A stretch of 64,000 nt of DNA, taken from sequence record OR539218.1, one strand, 5' to 3'. The stretch comes from Escherichia phage vB-Eco-KMB26. Below the pieces are notes generated by a model. The model saw only the letters and a list, made by a program, of their open reading frames with translations. It made no database searches and had not been told where the DNA came from. This document shows positions 28,515-37,553 of this stretch, piece by piece. The position numbers were made by a program, and so were the translations under genes. The stretch's first letter is position 1. Each line of letters starts with the position of its first letter.

Positions 28515-29052
28515 TTACTATTTCCAAAAGTTTATTATTTTTAAGGTAATTAGCCTTTTCTAGGACTTCAGAAGCATATTTAGAACCTGCTTTAACATTC
28601 CATCCCGAATTATAAGATGATATTGCTTTTCTTATATCGCCCTTATGTATATTTAACCAATAAGAAAGTTCAATGTACGCCCAGGAAGCTGAATTGGATC
28701 GTTTATTCAACATTCTTTTTATTTCAGCATCGGTCATATTATAACCAAGTTCCTTAACTCTTGCTCGCATAGTAGGCAAATAATTTTGGAACATTCCATA
28801 AGCGTGATGCTTTGGTTTAGATTTTAAATTAACTCCGCCAGAGCTTTCTTGCCATAAAATAGCAGCCATTATATGACCTAATCCGCTCTTGTGGATATTT
28901 TTGTGTGTTTTATATTTTCCATCCTTAGAAAACTGTTCCCCGAATTGATACGCGTAACGCATGTTATCGAGTTGGACATTACTGAAAGTATGCTCGGAGC
29001 TATGTGCCATCATAGAAATGGCCAATAGACCAGCGAGTAGTGCTTTTCTCAT
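28507..29052 (-). CDS. Secreted lytic-transglycosylase-like (SLT-domain) protein
   Basis: 181 aa; signal peptide; catalytic-type WQESSGG, GMFQ and SYNSG motifs. Confidence 0.55.
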   Translation of the reverse strand: MRKALLAGLLAISMMAHSSEHTFSNVQLDNMRYAYQFGEQFSKDGKYKTHKNIHKSGLGHIMAAILWQESSGGVNLKSKPKHHAYGMFQNYLPTMRARVKELGYNMTDAEIKRMLNKRSNSASWAYIELSYWLNIHKGDIRKAISSYNSGWNVKAGSKYASEVLEKANYLKNNKLLEIVND

Positions 29053-29059
29053 GTTTACC

Positions 29060-29521
29060 TCATTGAGTTTTAATTACTGCTTTAGAAGCCTTTCCTGGTA
29101 AACGACGACTGTTGATAATTGCCATCCTACATTGAAGTGACGGGTCTTTGAACTTCTCATTAGGTTTACAAACTGTAAATCCAAGCCAAAGATTTCCATC
29201 TGTAATTTCTAAACGTCCAGGACGATATTCAACTCCATCAATAAAATCCTCATCAATGTCAGGACGCGGAGGCATACTCAGGAATTCATTAACTTCTAAA
29301 ACATGGTCTTTTATTTTATGGAATAATTCAAAAACATATGTCTCATCAATCTCCCGTTGAATTGCACGATCAAGAAGATGTTGAGAATATTTTAGATGAA
29401 ACGATGAGACCCCTGCTGCTTTTGATGCCTCACGAATCTCATTGTTAATTTGACGAAACTCCGACTCAAAGTGACGACGAAGCTTATTTCGACGGATAAA
29501 AACTTCTGTATTGATAGTCAT
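29060..29521 (-). CDS. regB: Sequence-specific mRNA endoribonuclease RegB
   Basis: 153 aa; MTINTEVFIRRNKLRRHF... matches T4 RegB. Confidence 0.92.
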   Translation of the reverse strand: MTINTEVFIRRNKLRRHFESEFRQINNEIREASKAAGVSSFHLKYSQHLLDRAIQREIDETYVFELFHKIKDHVLEVNEFLSMPPRPDIDEDFIDGVEYRPGRLEITDGNLWLGFTVCKPNEKFKDPSLQCRMAIINSRRLPGKASKAVIKTQ

Positions 29522-29539
29522 GTTGTTCTCCTCTTAACT

Positions 29540-29578
29540 GATAGAAAAATTATACCACAGTCAAGAGGAAAAGTAAAC
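29540..29578 (-). promoter_or_regulatory. Early promoter upstream of regB (-35 GTTTAC, -10 TATAAT)
   Basis: Minus strand aactGTTTACttttcctcttgactgtggTATAAT. Confidence 0.6.
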
Positions 29579-29580
29579 AG

Positions 29581-29859
29581 TTATTCTTTAAATCTAATCA
29601 ATTTATTCATAGACTTTGAAACTTCTGCACGAACCTCATGTAGATTTTTGAGCTGTTCAAGACGCTGCGTATAGTAAGCAATTTCATCTTCTTCGAGACA
29701 GTCCTGTGAATCTTCTTTAAGATACCGTGCATAGTCCTGGAAAGCGTTACGGACTACTTCCTGGAAGTCATCAAGACTTTGAATTTTCTTAGGAGCAGCA
29801 GACACACGACGAGGGGCAGTATAATACTCATAACCAAACCCTGCGCTTAATTGAGCCAT
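29581..29859 (-). CDS. Hypothetical protein (vs.3 position); start MAQLSAGF by TAATG overlap; ORF track extends to 29901
   Basis: Start context inspected by hand. Confidence 0.5.
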   Translation of the reverse strand: MAQLSAGFGYEYYTAPRRVSAAPKKIQSLDDFQEVVRNAFQDYARYLKEDSQDCLEEDEIAYYTQRLEQLKNLHEVRAEVSKSMNKLIRFKE

Positions 29860-30125
29860 TAGTATTTTTCCTCTGGTTGGAACACAGCACGACAAGCCCA
29901 CATACTGGCTTCTTTGAGTTTCGTTTTAGCAATAGCTAACTGATCGAGGCTTTCAGCATAATTCTTCGCGAGTTCAAAGTCTTCGCAATTATCTAGTGCT
30001 TCCCAGAATTCATCATATAAAGCATCAAAGATAAGTCCTAAACGAACTTCAGCGTCTTTAATAGCATTTACTTTACCGATTTTTTCGTCGGTATGTGGCT
30101 TATAACCTTTAATATCTTCAATCAT
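29859..30125 (-). CDS. Hypothetical small acidic protein at the vs.4 position (T4 vs.4 is the anti-CBASS protein Acb2; identity here not verified); ORF track extends to 30161
   Basis: Start MIEDIKGYK after GAGGA RBS. Confidence 0.45.
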   Translation of the reverse strand: MIEDIKGYKPHTDEKIGKVNAIKDAEVRLGLIFDALYDEFWEALDNCEDFELAKNYAESLDQLAIAKTKLKEASMWACRAVFQPEEKY

Positions 30126-30339
30126 ATTTGACTTCCTCACCAGTACATAAATCGTATTCAACTAAACGAATAGGTTCATGAATGCCATATCCCTGAACAG
30201 AAATTTCTGTCGTAGGATAAATTCCACTAATATCACCCATATTCCACGCTTCATTAAATTGCTGTTCGCCTGAATTACTAAACCACTCGGCGAAAGCATT
30301 TAGCACATCTTCAGAACCTTCAATAATTATCTTTGCCAT
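30118..30339 (-). CDS. Hypothetical small acidic protein
   Basis: 73-aa ORF. Confidence 0.5.
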   Translation of the reverse strand: MAKIIIEGSEDVLNAFAEWFSNSGEQQFNEAWNMGDISGIYPTTEISVQGYGIHEPIRLVEYDLCTGEEVKYD

Positions 30340-30701
30340 TACAAACTCTCGGTGAAGGTACGAGCGATAACGTCGCGCTGCTGTTCCGGAGTCAGAGAGT
30401 TAAAGCGAACTGCATAACCGGATACACGGATGGTCAGCTGCGGATATTTTTCCGGATGCTTAACTGCATCTTCCAGAGTTTCACGACGCAGAACGTTTAC
30501 GTTCAGGTGTTGACCACCTTCAATTTTAACTGTAGGCTGTTGCTCAATTTCAATTTCACGGGCATGCAAACCATAGAAAATTTCTGGGTCTACAAAAGAG
30601 TCCTCTTTAAAGGTTTTAGAGACAATAATTCGTGCTTGAATACCATCTTCAAAATAAATAGTACCTTTATGTGTGCCTTCAAGAATTTGATATGCTTTCA
30701 T
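30339..30701 (-). CDS. Autonomous glycyl radical cofactor (GrcA/YfiD-like; T4 Y06I-type)
   Basis: 120 aa; C-terminal glycyl radical motif RVSGYAVRF. Confidence 0.8.
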   Translation of the reverse strand: MKAYQILEGTHKGTIYFEDGIQARIIVSKTFKEDSFVDPEIFYGLHAREIEIEQQPTVKIEGGQHLNVNVLRRETLEDAVKHPEKYPQLTIRVSGYAVRFNSLTPEQQRDVIARTFTESL

Positions 30702-30707
30702 ATAACC

Positions 30708-31088
30708 TCAATTAGAAAATAAATTTATCCAAGATTGTTCTTTAATTAAAAATGGCTCAGAATCATATGCCATTAAACTCTGTGTGATTAGTCCTTTAAA
30801 AGGCCCATCAATAAATTCCATGGTAAAATATGGAATTTTATTCATTAGCCGTGCATTAGGAGCCGTGCACAAAACTCTGCATCCTTTGAATACGCCTTTT
30901 TGTAATTTGTATTGCTTGGGACAAAATTCGCTCAAAATGTTATTTTTTGCCAAAATTTCAAAATGATTCACCAATTTATTTTTAATAGTTTTTGGCGAAA
31001 AATAAAGATATTCGAAAAGCTGAGTGTCTGTCATCATTGCATTCCGATTACGAAAAACTGTGGACGAGTAATACCACCAATGCAACAT
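30708..31088 (-). CDS. Hypothetical protein
   Basis: 126-aa ORF. Confidence 0.5.
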   Translation of the reverse strand: MLHWWYYSSTVFRNRNAMMTDTQLFEYLYFSPKTIKNKLVNHFEILAKNNILSEFCPKQYKLQKGVFKGCRVLCTAPNARLMNKIPYFTMEFIDGPFKGLITQSLMAYDSEPFLIKEQSWINLFSN

Positions 31089-31573
31089 TTAATATTACAG
31101 CAGCAGTGTACAGTGTCAATATGGACACTATAAATCTTATCCATATCAGGAGATTTGACAGGCTCATCAATTATATACAAAATTCGCGAAAGTGATAAAC
31201 CTCTGAACTTGCTTCCTTTATTACCAATAAAACTGCGCACAGAATCAGTAAATAAACGAAAACGTATATCATCATTAGAATAACGCGAAAATTCCTTTTT
31301 AATATTATCTGCGGAAATTTTAGCGTAAGCTGAAGTATTAGAAAGAACAATAACTGTTCCACCGTCATACAACCAATTAGCGGCAAAATTAGTTACTGCA
31401 GTTGATTTACCAGATTGACGCCCACCATCTAGTCGAAGTGTACAATACTGTTTAAGTAAGTCTTCAAATGGCGGGATATATTCGTTTTTACAAATTTCTT
31501 CTACTCTAGCATCAGAATGGTGTGTAAAAGCATTCATCAGGGATAGATAAGGACCAGTTAAAAATGTTCTCAT
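31034..31573 (-). CDS. P-loop NTPase-like protein
   Basis: 179 aa; Walker A GGRQSGKST; Walker B-like ILYIIDE. Confidence 0.55.
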   Translation of the reverse strand: MRTFLTGPYLSLMNAFTHHSDARVEEICKNEYIPPFEDLLKQYCTLRLDGGRQSGKSTAVTNFAANWLYDGGTVIVLSNTSAYAKISADNIKKEFSRYSNDDIRFRLFTDSVRSFIGNKGSKFRGLSLSRILYIIDEPVKSPDMDKIYSVHIDTVHCCCNIKCCIGGITRPQFFVIGMQ

Positions 31574-31719
31574 TTTTGTTCTCTCTAGGTTTGGGCCATT
31601 CCATGGCGCATGAATTGTCCATTTCTGTATTTACCCATTACCGCACTTGGGCTCGACCTTATTACAGGTTGGCGGGAATCCCTCACAGAATCATGAGGTC
31701 CAGGTTATTCCCATGTTAT

Positions 31720-32136
31720 TTAAATGTAAATATTTTTGCCGTAATACTTATACCAGTGTGGCTTCATTAAAATTTTTTCATCGAGTCGTTGTTGACTCAA
31801 CTTAATAGCTGATTTGCATGGATTATAATCATTTTTCCATTCTACTGGAATATCGCTGATGTCAGGAACTTCAGTATCTTTTATACTGAACCCGCGTTTT
31901 AAGCATTCCGTTATAATGTCCGATTGACGCTTTCGCAAAAATTCTAACTTATCGTAAAAGAAAGTAACATGACCAGAACCTAAAATAAATTTAGAAGATA
32001 TTTTAAAATCTTTAACGCGCTTACCGTTTGCCACATGCTTACGAACTATACCAAAAACACGCGGCAATTCACGGTATTCTGCGATTAAATGTTGATCAGC
32101 AAGTTCAGATACTAAAGTCAAATTAATACGAGTCAT
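31720..32136 (-). CDS. denV: Endonuclease V (pyrimidine-dimer DNA glycosylase)
   Basis: 138 aa; [17 protein letters not shown]... matches T4 DenV. Confidence 0.92.
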   Translation of the reverse strand: MTRINLTLVSELADQHLIAEYRELPRVFGIVRKHVANGKRVKDFKISSKFILGSGHVTFFYDKLEFLRKRQSDIITECLKRGFSIKDTEVPDISDIPVEWKNDYNPCKSAIKLSQQRLDEKILMKPHWYKYYGKNIYI

Positions 32137-32154
32137 TTTATCCCTCCAAGTAAC

Positions 32155-32191
32155 TGTGAATATACTATCACAATTCTAGGAGAAAGTAAAC
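32155..32191 (-). promoter_or_regulatory. Early promoter upstream of denV (-35 GTTTAC, -10 TAGTAT)
   Basis: Minus strand GTTTACtttctcctagaattgtgaTAGTAT. Confidence 0.5.
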
Positions 32192-32195
32192 AACT

Positions 32196-32726
<531 letters not shown>

Positions 32727-33182
32727 TTAAAAGAGGCTGTTCATTATTCGGTAAAGTGAAGGACCCATCACATATTGCCACTGAGTACGAGGAATAAGAG
32801 CAAAAGCATCCATCTCTGGAATCATAACGCCATCTTTATTTTCAAAATAAGACTCGCAATGGCAATTTCTAAACATCTCATGCTCTACTGGAATCGTATA
32901 ATAAAATAACTGTAAGTCTTTATTACTAGAATATTTAAATACACCTAGGTCTTCTAGAAGGTCTGGATTATAATTGCTAAAACCGGTCTCTTCTAAGCAT
33001 TCTCTTTTTGCAGCTTCCAGTGCATTCAAATCAGAACTTTCTACGCGGCCCTTTGGAATATCCCAGCGATGTGCCATCATTCCAGGCTTACGAGAACCAG
33101 TAACCCGACCCATAAATAAATCTTTATCTTCTGTCATAAAGATAATACCAGCTGATAGTGTTTTCATTTTAATTTCCTGCAT
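32727..33182 (-). CDS. nudE: Nudix hydrolase NudE (alternative ATGA-coupled start at 33167)
   Basis: 151 aa; Nudix box GRVESSDLNALEAAKRECLEETG. Confidence 0.85.
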   Translation of the reverse strand: MQEIKMKTLSAGIIFMTEDKDLFMGRVTGSRKPGMMAHRWDIPKGRVESSDLNALEAAKRECLEETGFSNYNPDLLEDLGVFKYSSNKDLQLFYYTIPVEHEMFRNCHCESYFENKDGVMIPEMDAFALIPRTQWQYVMGPSLYRIMNSLF

Positions 33183-33652
33183 TCAGTGATAAAGTTATTT
33201 AAATTTTGAGTATATTTCTTTTCATCAAAAATCTTTTGTTGTCTGCGTAAACGCCATGGCATTTCAATGAACATACGCCATATTCCTGATAATACTGCTG
33301 CTGTAAAAATATTAACAAGTATAGTTAAAAGAACCCAATCTCCTATTCTGTCCATTGGATTTTTTATAAAAAAGTAAAATACGAACGATGATATAGGAAG
33401 ACTAATGATATACCACAGAAGAACCTTCTTATCTGTGAACCAATCAGCATTCGTTAACTTAGCGCGACCGTTTTGAATACATACGAACTTATCATCTGTT
33501 ACAGTAAATGGCTTAGCTGCTTGATATCCCATTCTAAACTCCCTAATCAACAAATTTTTCATATCTTCGGAACAACCATTCCAGTCAACTCTATCAACTG
33601 AAATGCCATCGTCCCCATCATCTAAATCATACCAGCGAGTTTTTAAAATCAT
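33164..33652 (-). CDS. Small membrane protein, C-terminal FITECRKLK; tandem paralog 1 of 3
   Basis: 162 aa; two hydrophobic helices then basic tail. Confidence 0.55.
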   Translation of the reverse strand: MILKTRWYDLDDGDDGISVDRVDWNGCSEDMKNLLIREFRMGYQAAKPFTVTDDKFVCIQNGRAKLTNADWFTDKKVLLWYIISLPISSFVFYFFIKNPMDRIGDWVLLTILVNIFTAAVLSGIWRMFIEMPWRLRRQQKIFDEKKYTQNLNNFITECRKLK

Positions 33653-34011
33653 TTAATTTTCCTACAATCACTCACAAACTCTTCCATTGATTCTTTTTCA
33701 ATATAAGACATATAGCTATTATATTCCTTTAATTGTATTTTGTAATCCTTTTTTCTTTGCCAATTTATTTTAAAATTATCATAATGAAAATATAACATGG
33801 TACCAAAGAATGAAAATAATGAAATCGCTATAGTAAAACGAAGTTCACTCCAAACCTCTGTTATAATTACTGTGCCGTCGATATTTAAAATAAAACAGTC
33901 AATTAACAATCCAATAAGACTACCCGCAAGAGCTGTAAATACTGATACAGCAAGAATTAATAGTGCCTCAGGAAACGAATATTTGACTTTATTTAGTTTT
34001 GGCTTTTGCAT
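33649..34011 (-). CDS. Small membrane protein, C-terminal FVSDCRKIK; tandem paralog 2 of 3
   Basis: 120 aa; two hydrophobic helices. Confidence 0.55.
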   Translation of the reverse strand: MQKPKLNKVKYSFPEALLILAVSVFTALAGSLIGLLIDCFILNIDGTVIITEVWSELRFTIAISLFSFFGTMLYFHYDNFKINWQRKKDYKIQLKEYNSYMSYIEKESMEEFVSDCRKIK

Positions 34012-34406
34012 CGTGATTCCTTAACAAATTTCATAATTTCATCAAATTCATACATATCTAGCTTAAGCTGGTGTTCCTTTTTAATCTTTTTACACTGAGC
34101 TTTCCAATCACGTACACGTTTACGATAATGTCTTCCTTGATACCAGTATCCTACCCAATTTACGGGTACTAATAAAAGTGGAACTATTAATGGAAGAATT
34201 AGCATTAACACAAGTATTTCGCCAGAATCAATATCAGTCATAACATCTAAAACACCTCCAATAATCAATAGAATTACAAATGATATGAGTATAACAGGAC
34301 CTATTAACACATCAGTAGAAATTATCTGACGCTTTGGTTCATACTTCACAGGTTTACTTGGAAGGTATAGTGATGGTTTTGACATATTCTCTACATTCCT
34401 TAACAA
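33993..34406 (-). CDS. Small membrane protein, C-terminal FVKESRCK; tandem paralog 3 of 3
   Basis: 137 aa; two hydrophobic helices. Confidence 0.55.
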   Translation of the reverse strand: MLRNVENMSKPSLYLPSKPVKYEPKRQIISTDVLIGPVILISFVILLIIGGVLDVMTDIDSGEILVLMLILPLIVPLLLVPVNWVGYWYQGRHYRKRVRDWKAQCKKIKKEHQLKLDMYEFDEIMKFVKESRCKSQN

Positions 34407-34968
34407 ATTTTTCTAGTAATAAATCACTTTCAAAATTGGGATTTTCTACAAATTTATCAAAAAGATCATCAACAATAGTTAAGATATTCTTTTTACTAAG
34501 AATACGTTTATTTTCATGCTTCGTTTCAGAATCAACTATAAGAGTAAAGAAATATTTCTTGCCCTGAAATTTTACAGTAGTATCAATATAAAATAAATTT
34601 GACTTTTGTAAATTACGTTTAAACCATGCGTCACTTAAACTATAAACACCGAGATAATCAAAATCGTCGTTTAAATAACAAACCGTCCATTCAGGAGAAA
34701 TGAAATCAGTAAATTCAACATCAAAATCACACGTCAATGAATGAATTGATTCAATACTGTTAATGAGTATTCCAGGACGTATTAAAGACTTTTTACCTCT
34801 AGAAAATCTTCCGGAAAGGCTTTCATCAGTTTCATATGAAGACCCCCAATAGTAATTACGTCCTTCTGCCATGCGTTTAAGAGCATTTAGTAATTGGTCT
34901 GGAACATCAACCTGTCTTTGGAACTCTTCAAACATTGAATTGAAATCACTTTGCATTTTCATTTTCAT
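34354..34968 (-). CDS. Hypothetical protein
   Basis: 204-aa ORF. Confidence 0.55.
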   Translation of the reverse strand: MKMKMQSDFNSMFEEFQRQVDVPDQLLNALKRMAEGRNYYWGSSYETDESLSGRFSRGKKSLIRPGILINSIESIHSLTCDFDVEFTDFISPEWTVCYLNDDFDYLGVYSLSDAWFKRNLQKSNLFYIDTTVKFQGKKYFFTLIVDSETKHENKRILSKKNILTIVDDLFDKFVENPNFESDLLLEKFVKECREYVKTITIPSK

Positions 34969-34987
34969 TCCTATTTACTCCAAGTAT

Positions 34988-35005
34988 AAGGGGCCGAAGC
35001 CCCTT
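34988..35005 (-). terminator. C(UUCG)G hairpin GGGGCttcgGCCCC
   Basis: Stem-loop read directly, 3' of ORF 35010-35603. Confidence 0.55.
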
Positions 35006-35009
35006 ATCA

Positions 35010-35603
35010 TTATTTCAGAGAATTAATGTATTCCTGAACATCGGCAGAGGTAGTTTCAACCCCAGAAATATTACCGTTAAAGGTTTCAACTCGAGCAAGG
35101 GTATCTTCAATATCAACCTTAGTCAGTGCTGCAATTTCAACTACATCATCGGCAGTACTAATTCCAAGGGCATTTGCTGCACGAGTTTCACGGATATATT
35201 CCAATTTAACCGCAAGTTCTTGACGAGCATCATCTAACTCAACTACTTTCTTGGCGATTTCAATTCGCATTTCAGCATAACCGTCAGCCTTAGTAGTCAA
35301 CTGCTCAGCTGTTCGACGATATAGTAAACCGAGTTTAGCATGCATTGTTACATCTTGGCCTTCGGAAAGAAGTTTACGAATTTCACGCTCTTTTGATTCG
35401 GCCTGTCGATTCTTTTCGATAACAAGTTCACGAATACGTTTTTCTTCGTTAATAGATTTAACAGAAGCAGTTTTTAGATCTTTAATTTTATCAAGTAGTT
35501 TTGCTGCTGCAGCAGTATACTGTTCTTCGACAGATAGATTTTTAGCCATAGCAGAACCAAGTTTAGTGCGAATAAACTCAACAATTTTCTTCAGTGTGTT
35601 CAT
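35010..35603 (-). CDS. Coiled-coil protein (possibly PspA/ESCRT-III-like; speculative)
   Basis: 197 aa, largely heptad-patterned. Confidence 0.5.
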   Translation of the reverse strand: MNTLKKIVEFIRTKLGSAMAKNLSVEEQYTAAAAKLLDKIKDLKTASVKSINEEKRIRELVIEKNRQAESKEREIRKLLSEGQDVTMHAKLGLLYRRTAEQLTTKADGYAEMRIEIAKKVVELDDARQELAVKLEYIRETRAANALGISTADDVVEIAALTKVDIEDTLARVETFNGNISGVETTSADVQEYINSLK

Positions 35604-35646
35604 AGTATTTCCTTAGGTTAATTGAGATTTAAAATCCATGAGAGTA

Positions 35647-35823
35647 TTATACTCCGGATAGTTTGTAAACTATTTCAACATCGCCTTTTGCTGCTTTATA
35701 ACCTTCAGCCCAAGATACAACCGAGTTTTTATCCGAAGATTCAAATTCTGGCATTGGGCTTTCGCCAATGTTCACGCAGTATGTTTCTTCATTTTCGTCG
35801 AACCAAATAATTAAAGTAGTCAT
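35647..35823 (-). CDS. Small acidic ORF (58 aa) with GGAG RBS
   Basis: Hand translation MTTLIIWFDENEETYCVNIG...; promoter-like element upstream. Confidence 0.4.
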   Translation of the reverse strand: MTTLIIWFDENEETYCVNIGESPMPEFESSDKNSVVSWAEGYKAAKGDVEIVYKLSGV

Positions 35824-35854
35824 TTATTTCTCCGTTTTCTGTATTTGTTTTGAT

Positions 35855-35892
35855 AAGTCTATAATAACACCGTCCTTGGCGTTTGTACACAA
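35855..35892 (-). promoter_or_regulatory. Early-promoter-like element (-35 GTGTAC variant, -10 TATTAT)
   Basis: gataagtctataataacac...gtacac on plus strand. Confidence 0.35.
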
Positions 35893-36156
35893 TTATTTCA
35901 TATTATTGAAATATTCTTCTGCGATTTCATCGTTATCATGGTAAACTTTAGAAGACAGTTTAACATAACCTTCAGCAGTGAACATGTTAATCACAACCTT
36001 TACAGTATACCACTGACCATCTTCATTACCCATTACTGCATAGGTTTCAAACATCGGATGGTCAGGACCGATAACTTTAATATCATTCACTGTACGACCG
36101 AAATCTTCTGAAACACATTTCATAAAGAAGTTGAACAGTTCGCCGTAATTATCCAT
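35893..36156 (-). CDS. Hypothetical small acidic protein (ORF track extends to 36168)
   Basis: Start MDNYGELF after GGAG RBS. Confidence 0.5.
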   Translation of the reverse strand: MDNYGELFNFFMKCVSEDFGRTVNDIKVIGPDHPMFETYAVMGNEDGQWYTVKVVINMFTAEGYVKLSSKVYHDNDEIAEEYFNNMK

Positions 36157-36186
36157 TTCATTCTCCAAGTTGTTTTTGTATCAGTA

Positions 36187-36278
36187 GTTGATAGTTGTAT
36201 AGTACCATGGAAGAACAGGGATGTAAACAGTTGTTGATAGTTGTATAGTACCATGGAAGAACAGGGATGTAAACAGTT
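36187..36278 (-). repeat. Exact tandem duplication (2 x 46 bp), each copy a complete early promoter
   Basis: gttgatagttgtatagtaccatggaagaacagggatgtaaacagtt occurs twice back-to-back (36187-36232, 36233-36278). Confidence 0.9.
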
Positions 36279-36408
36279 TTGTGAAAAAATTTTTTAAAAA
36301 GTTTTAGGGAATTCTAGGGCAGGGAGGGGCAATTAAAAGATAGGATAATATATTATAAAGGGTAGAAACTAAATGATGTCTAGAGAGGCCCGGAAAGGCC
36401 TAGATACC

Positions 36409-36435
36409 AAAAAGCCCCAACCTTTTGGTCGGGGC
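36409..36435 (-). terminator. Intrinsic terminator GCCCCGACC-aaaa-GGTTGGGGC + U5, downstream of the IP-like gene; near-identical to hairpin at 36964-36990
   Basis: 9-bp stem and T-run read on minus strand. Confidence 0.65.
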
Positions 36436-36443
36436 TAAGAATG

Positions 36444-36917
36444 TTATTTGATTTGTTTAGCAGACCAAATGCGGTCTTTAATAATTTTTTGGATGTCTTC
36501 AACATACTCAAGAGAGTGAACATGTGGGTTATCTTTGAAACTATAAGCACGAGCTAGCTTTTGGCCTTCAGTTTTGATTACTAAAAGCTCTTTAAGGATA
36601 GCTTCATATTTGGAGATAATTCCTTTAACAATATTTTTCTCTTGTGTGACTTTAGGATCTGCTTTAGGAGCAGGTTTACCTGAAGCCTTTGCAAAAGCAG
36701 CTCCAGTAGCAACTAAACTTTTCCAAGCCATACTAACTGCATTCCCTGTAAATCCTTCGGCTTTCATATCACGAGCAAATTGGAATCGTGATTCATCGGA
36801 AGCATCTTTATAGGAATATTTACCCGCGGCAATGGCAGCTTTTGCAACAGCTTGAATTTCAGTGCTAGATGCTTCATTTAACACCGCTTCATTTAAAAAT
36901 TGAGTATATGATTTCAT
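36444..36917 (-). CDS. Internal-protein-like gene with N-terminal capsid-targeting-like sequence MKSYTQFLNEA
   Basis: 157 aa; start resembles the T4 IP targeting sequence MKTYQEFIAE; late promoter directly upstream. Confidence 0.55.
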   Translation of the reverse strand: MKSYTQFLNEAVLNEASSTEIQAVAKAAIAAGKYSYKDASDESRFQFARDMKAEGFTGNAVSMAWKSLVATGAAFAKASGKPAPKADPKVTQEKNIVKGIISKYEAILKELLVIKTEGQKLARAYSFKDNPHVHSLEYVEDIQKIIKDRIWSAKQIK

Positions 36918-36954
36918 CTTATTTCCTGTTTTAATTCGGGGTTTTAATATACTT

Positions 36955-36962
36955 ATTTATAC
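36955..36962 (-). promoter_or_regulatory. Late promoter TATAAATA upstream of the IP-like gene
   Basis: Exact minus-strand TATAAATA about 38 nt before the ATG. Confidence 0.55.
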
Positions 36963-36963
36963 T

Positions 36964-36990
36964 AAAAAGCCCCAACCTTTCGGTCGGGGC
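36964..36990 (-). terminator. Intrinsic terminator GCCCCGACC-gaaa-GGTTGGGGC + U5 at the 3' end of the tRNA/stable-RNA transcription unit
   Basis: Second copy of the 36409-36435 hairpin. Confidence 0.65.
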
Positions 36991-37042
36991 TAAGCCTTGC
37001 GGCAACCTTGTCGGGGTTCCACCTGCTAAGGCAAGTGTTTGT

Positions 37043-37134
37043 ACGAAACGCCGGGATTCGAACCCGGTTATTAAGCAGTTGACGCTACTCAATATTTTTA
37101 AAAGGCCATATCTCGACCATATCCGAACGTTCCG
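37043..37134 (-). ncRNA. tRNA-like stable RNA candidate (acceptor-like stem plus canonical T-arm; no standard cloverleaf found)
   Basis: T-arm CCGGG-TTCGAAT-CCCGG and 7-bp terminal pairing; could not fold a standard D/anticodon arm by hand. Confidence 0.3.
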
Positions 37135-37307
37135 TCAAAAACGCTACTCGGCTTACGGCAAAGATATTTCCTCGAATCGATAATTCGGTGCGCCGTTTCT
37201 GCTGTGATATAAGGGGACATTAACAAAACATAAAGATTTATTAATACCAGTCCTTAAACAGGGAACATCAGTCCGACGACTTGCCGGTAGCGACCCGGCT
37301 TCTTGTC

Positions 37308-37383
37308 TGGTCGAGGCAGTAGGGATCGAACCTACGACCCAGGACTTAGAAGGTCCTTGCTCTTCCTTCTGAGCTATGCCTCG
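37308..37383 (-). tRNA. tRNA-Arg (anticodon UCU), CCA encoded
   Basis: Hand-folded cloverleaf: 7-bp acceptor, anticodon loop cuUCUaa, T-loop TTCGATC. Confidence 0.85.
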
Positions 37384-37387
37384 TATT

Positions 37388-37462
37388 TGGCGGACGTGAT
37401 AGGATTCGAACCTATAACCAATCGCTTAACAGGCGATCGCTCTGCCATTGAGCTACACATCC
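37388..37462 (-). tRNA. tRNA-Asn (anticodon GUU), CCA encoded
   Basis: Hand-folded cloverleaf; anticodon loop cuGUUaa. Confidence 0.8.
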
Positions 37463-37466
37463 AAAT

Positions 37467-37553
37467 TGGTGGGGAGTGGTGGAGTCGAACCACCCGAGTC
37501 GCAATGACAATGAATTTACAGTCCACACCGCTACCTCTACGGGATAACTCCCC
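37467..37553 (-). tRNA. tRNA-Tyr (anticodon GUA), long variable arm, CCA encoded
   Basis: Anticodon loop cuGUAaa; 87 nt; perfect acceptor stem. Confidence 0.7.

Noticed and set aside
27709-29052. Assigning the T4 name vs to one of the three ORFs between tk.4 and regB
   Set aside because: T4 Vs is recalled as 115 aa and cytoplasmic; none of the three ORFs fits cleanly (155 aa macro-like, 113 aa with signal peptide, 181 aa SLT-like), so no symbol was assigned.
37135-37307. Second stable RNA between the tRNA-like element and tRNA-Arg
   Set aside because: Region has a GC hairpin (GCCGG...CCGGC) but I could not define an RNA with confident ends or structure by eye.
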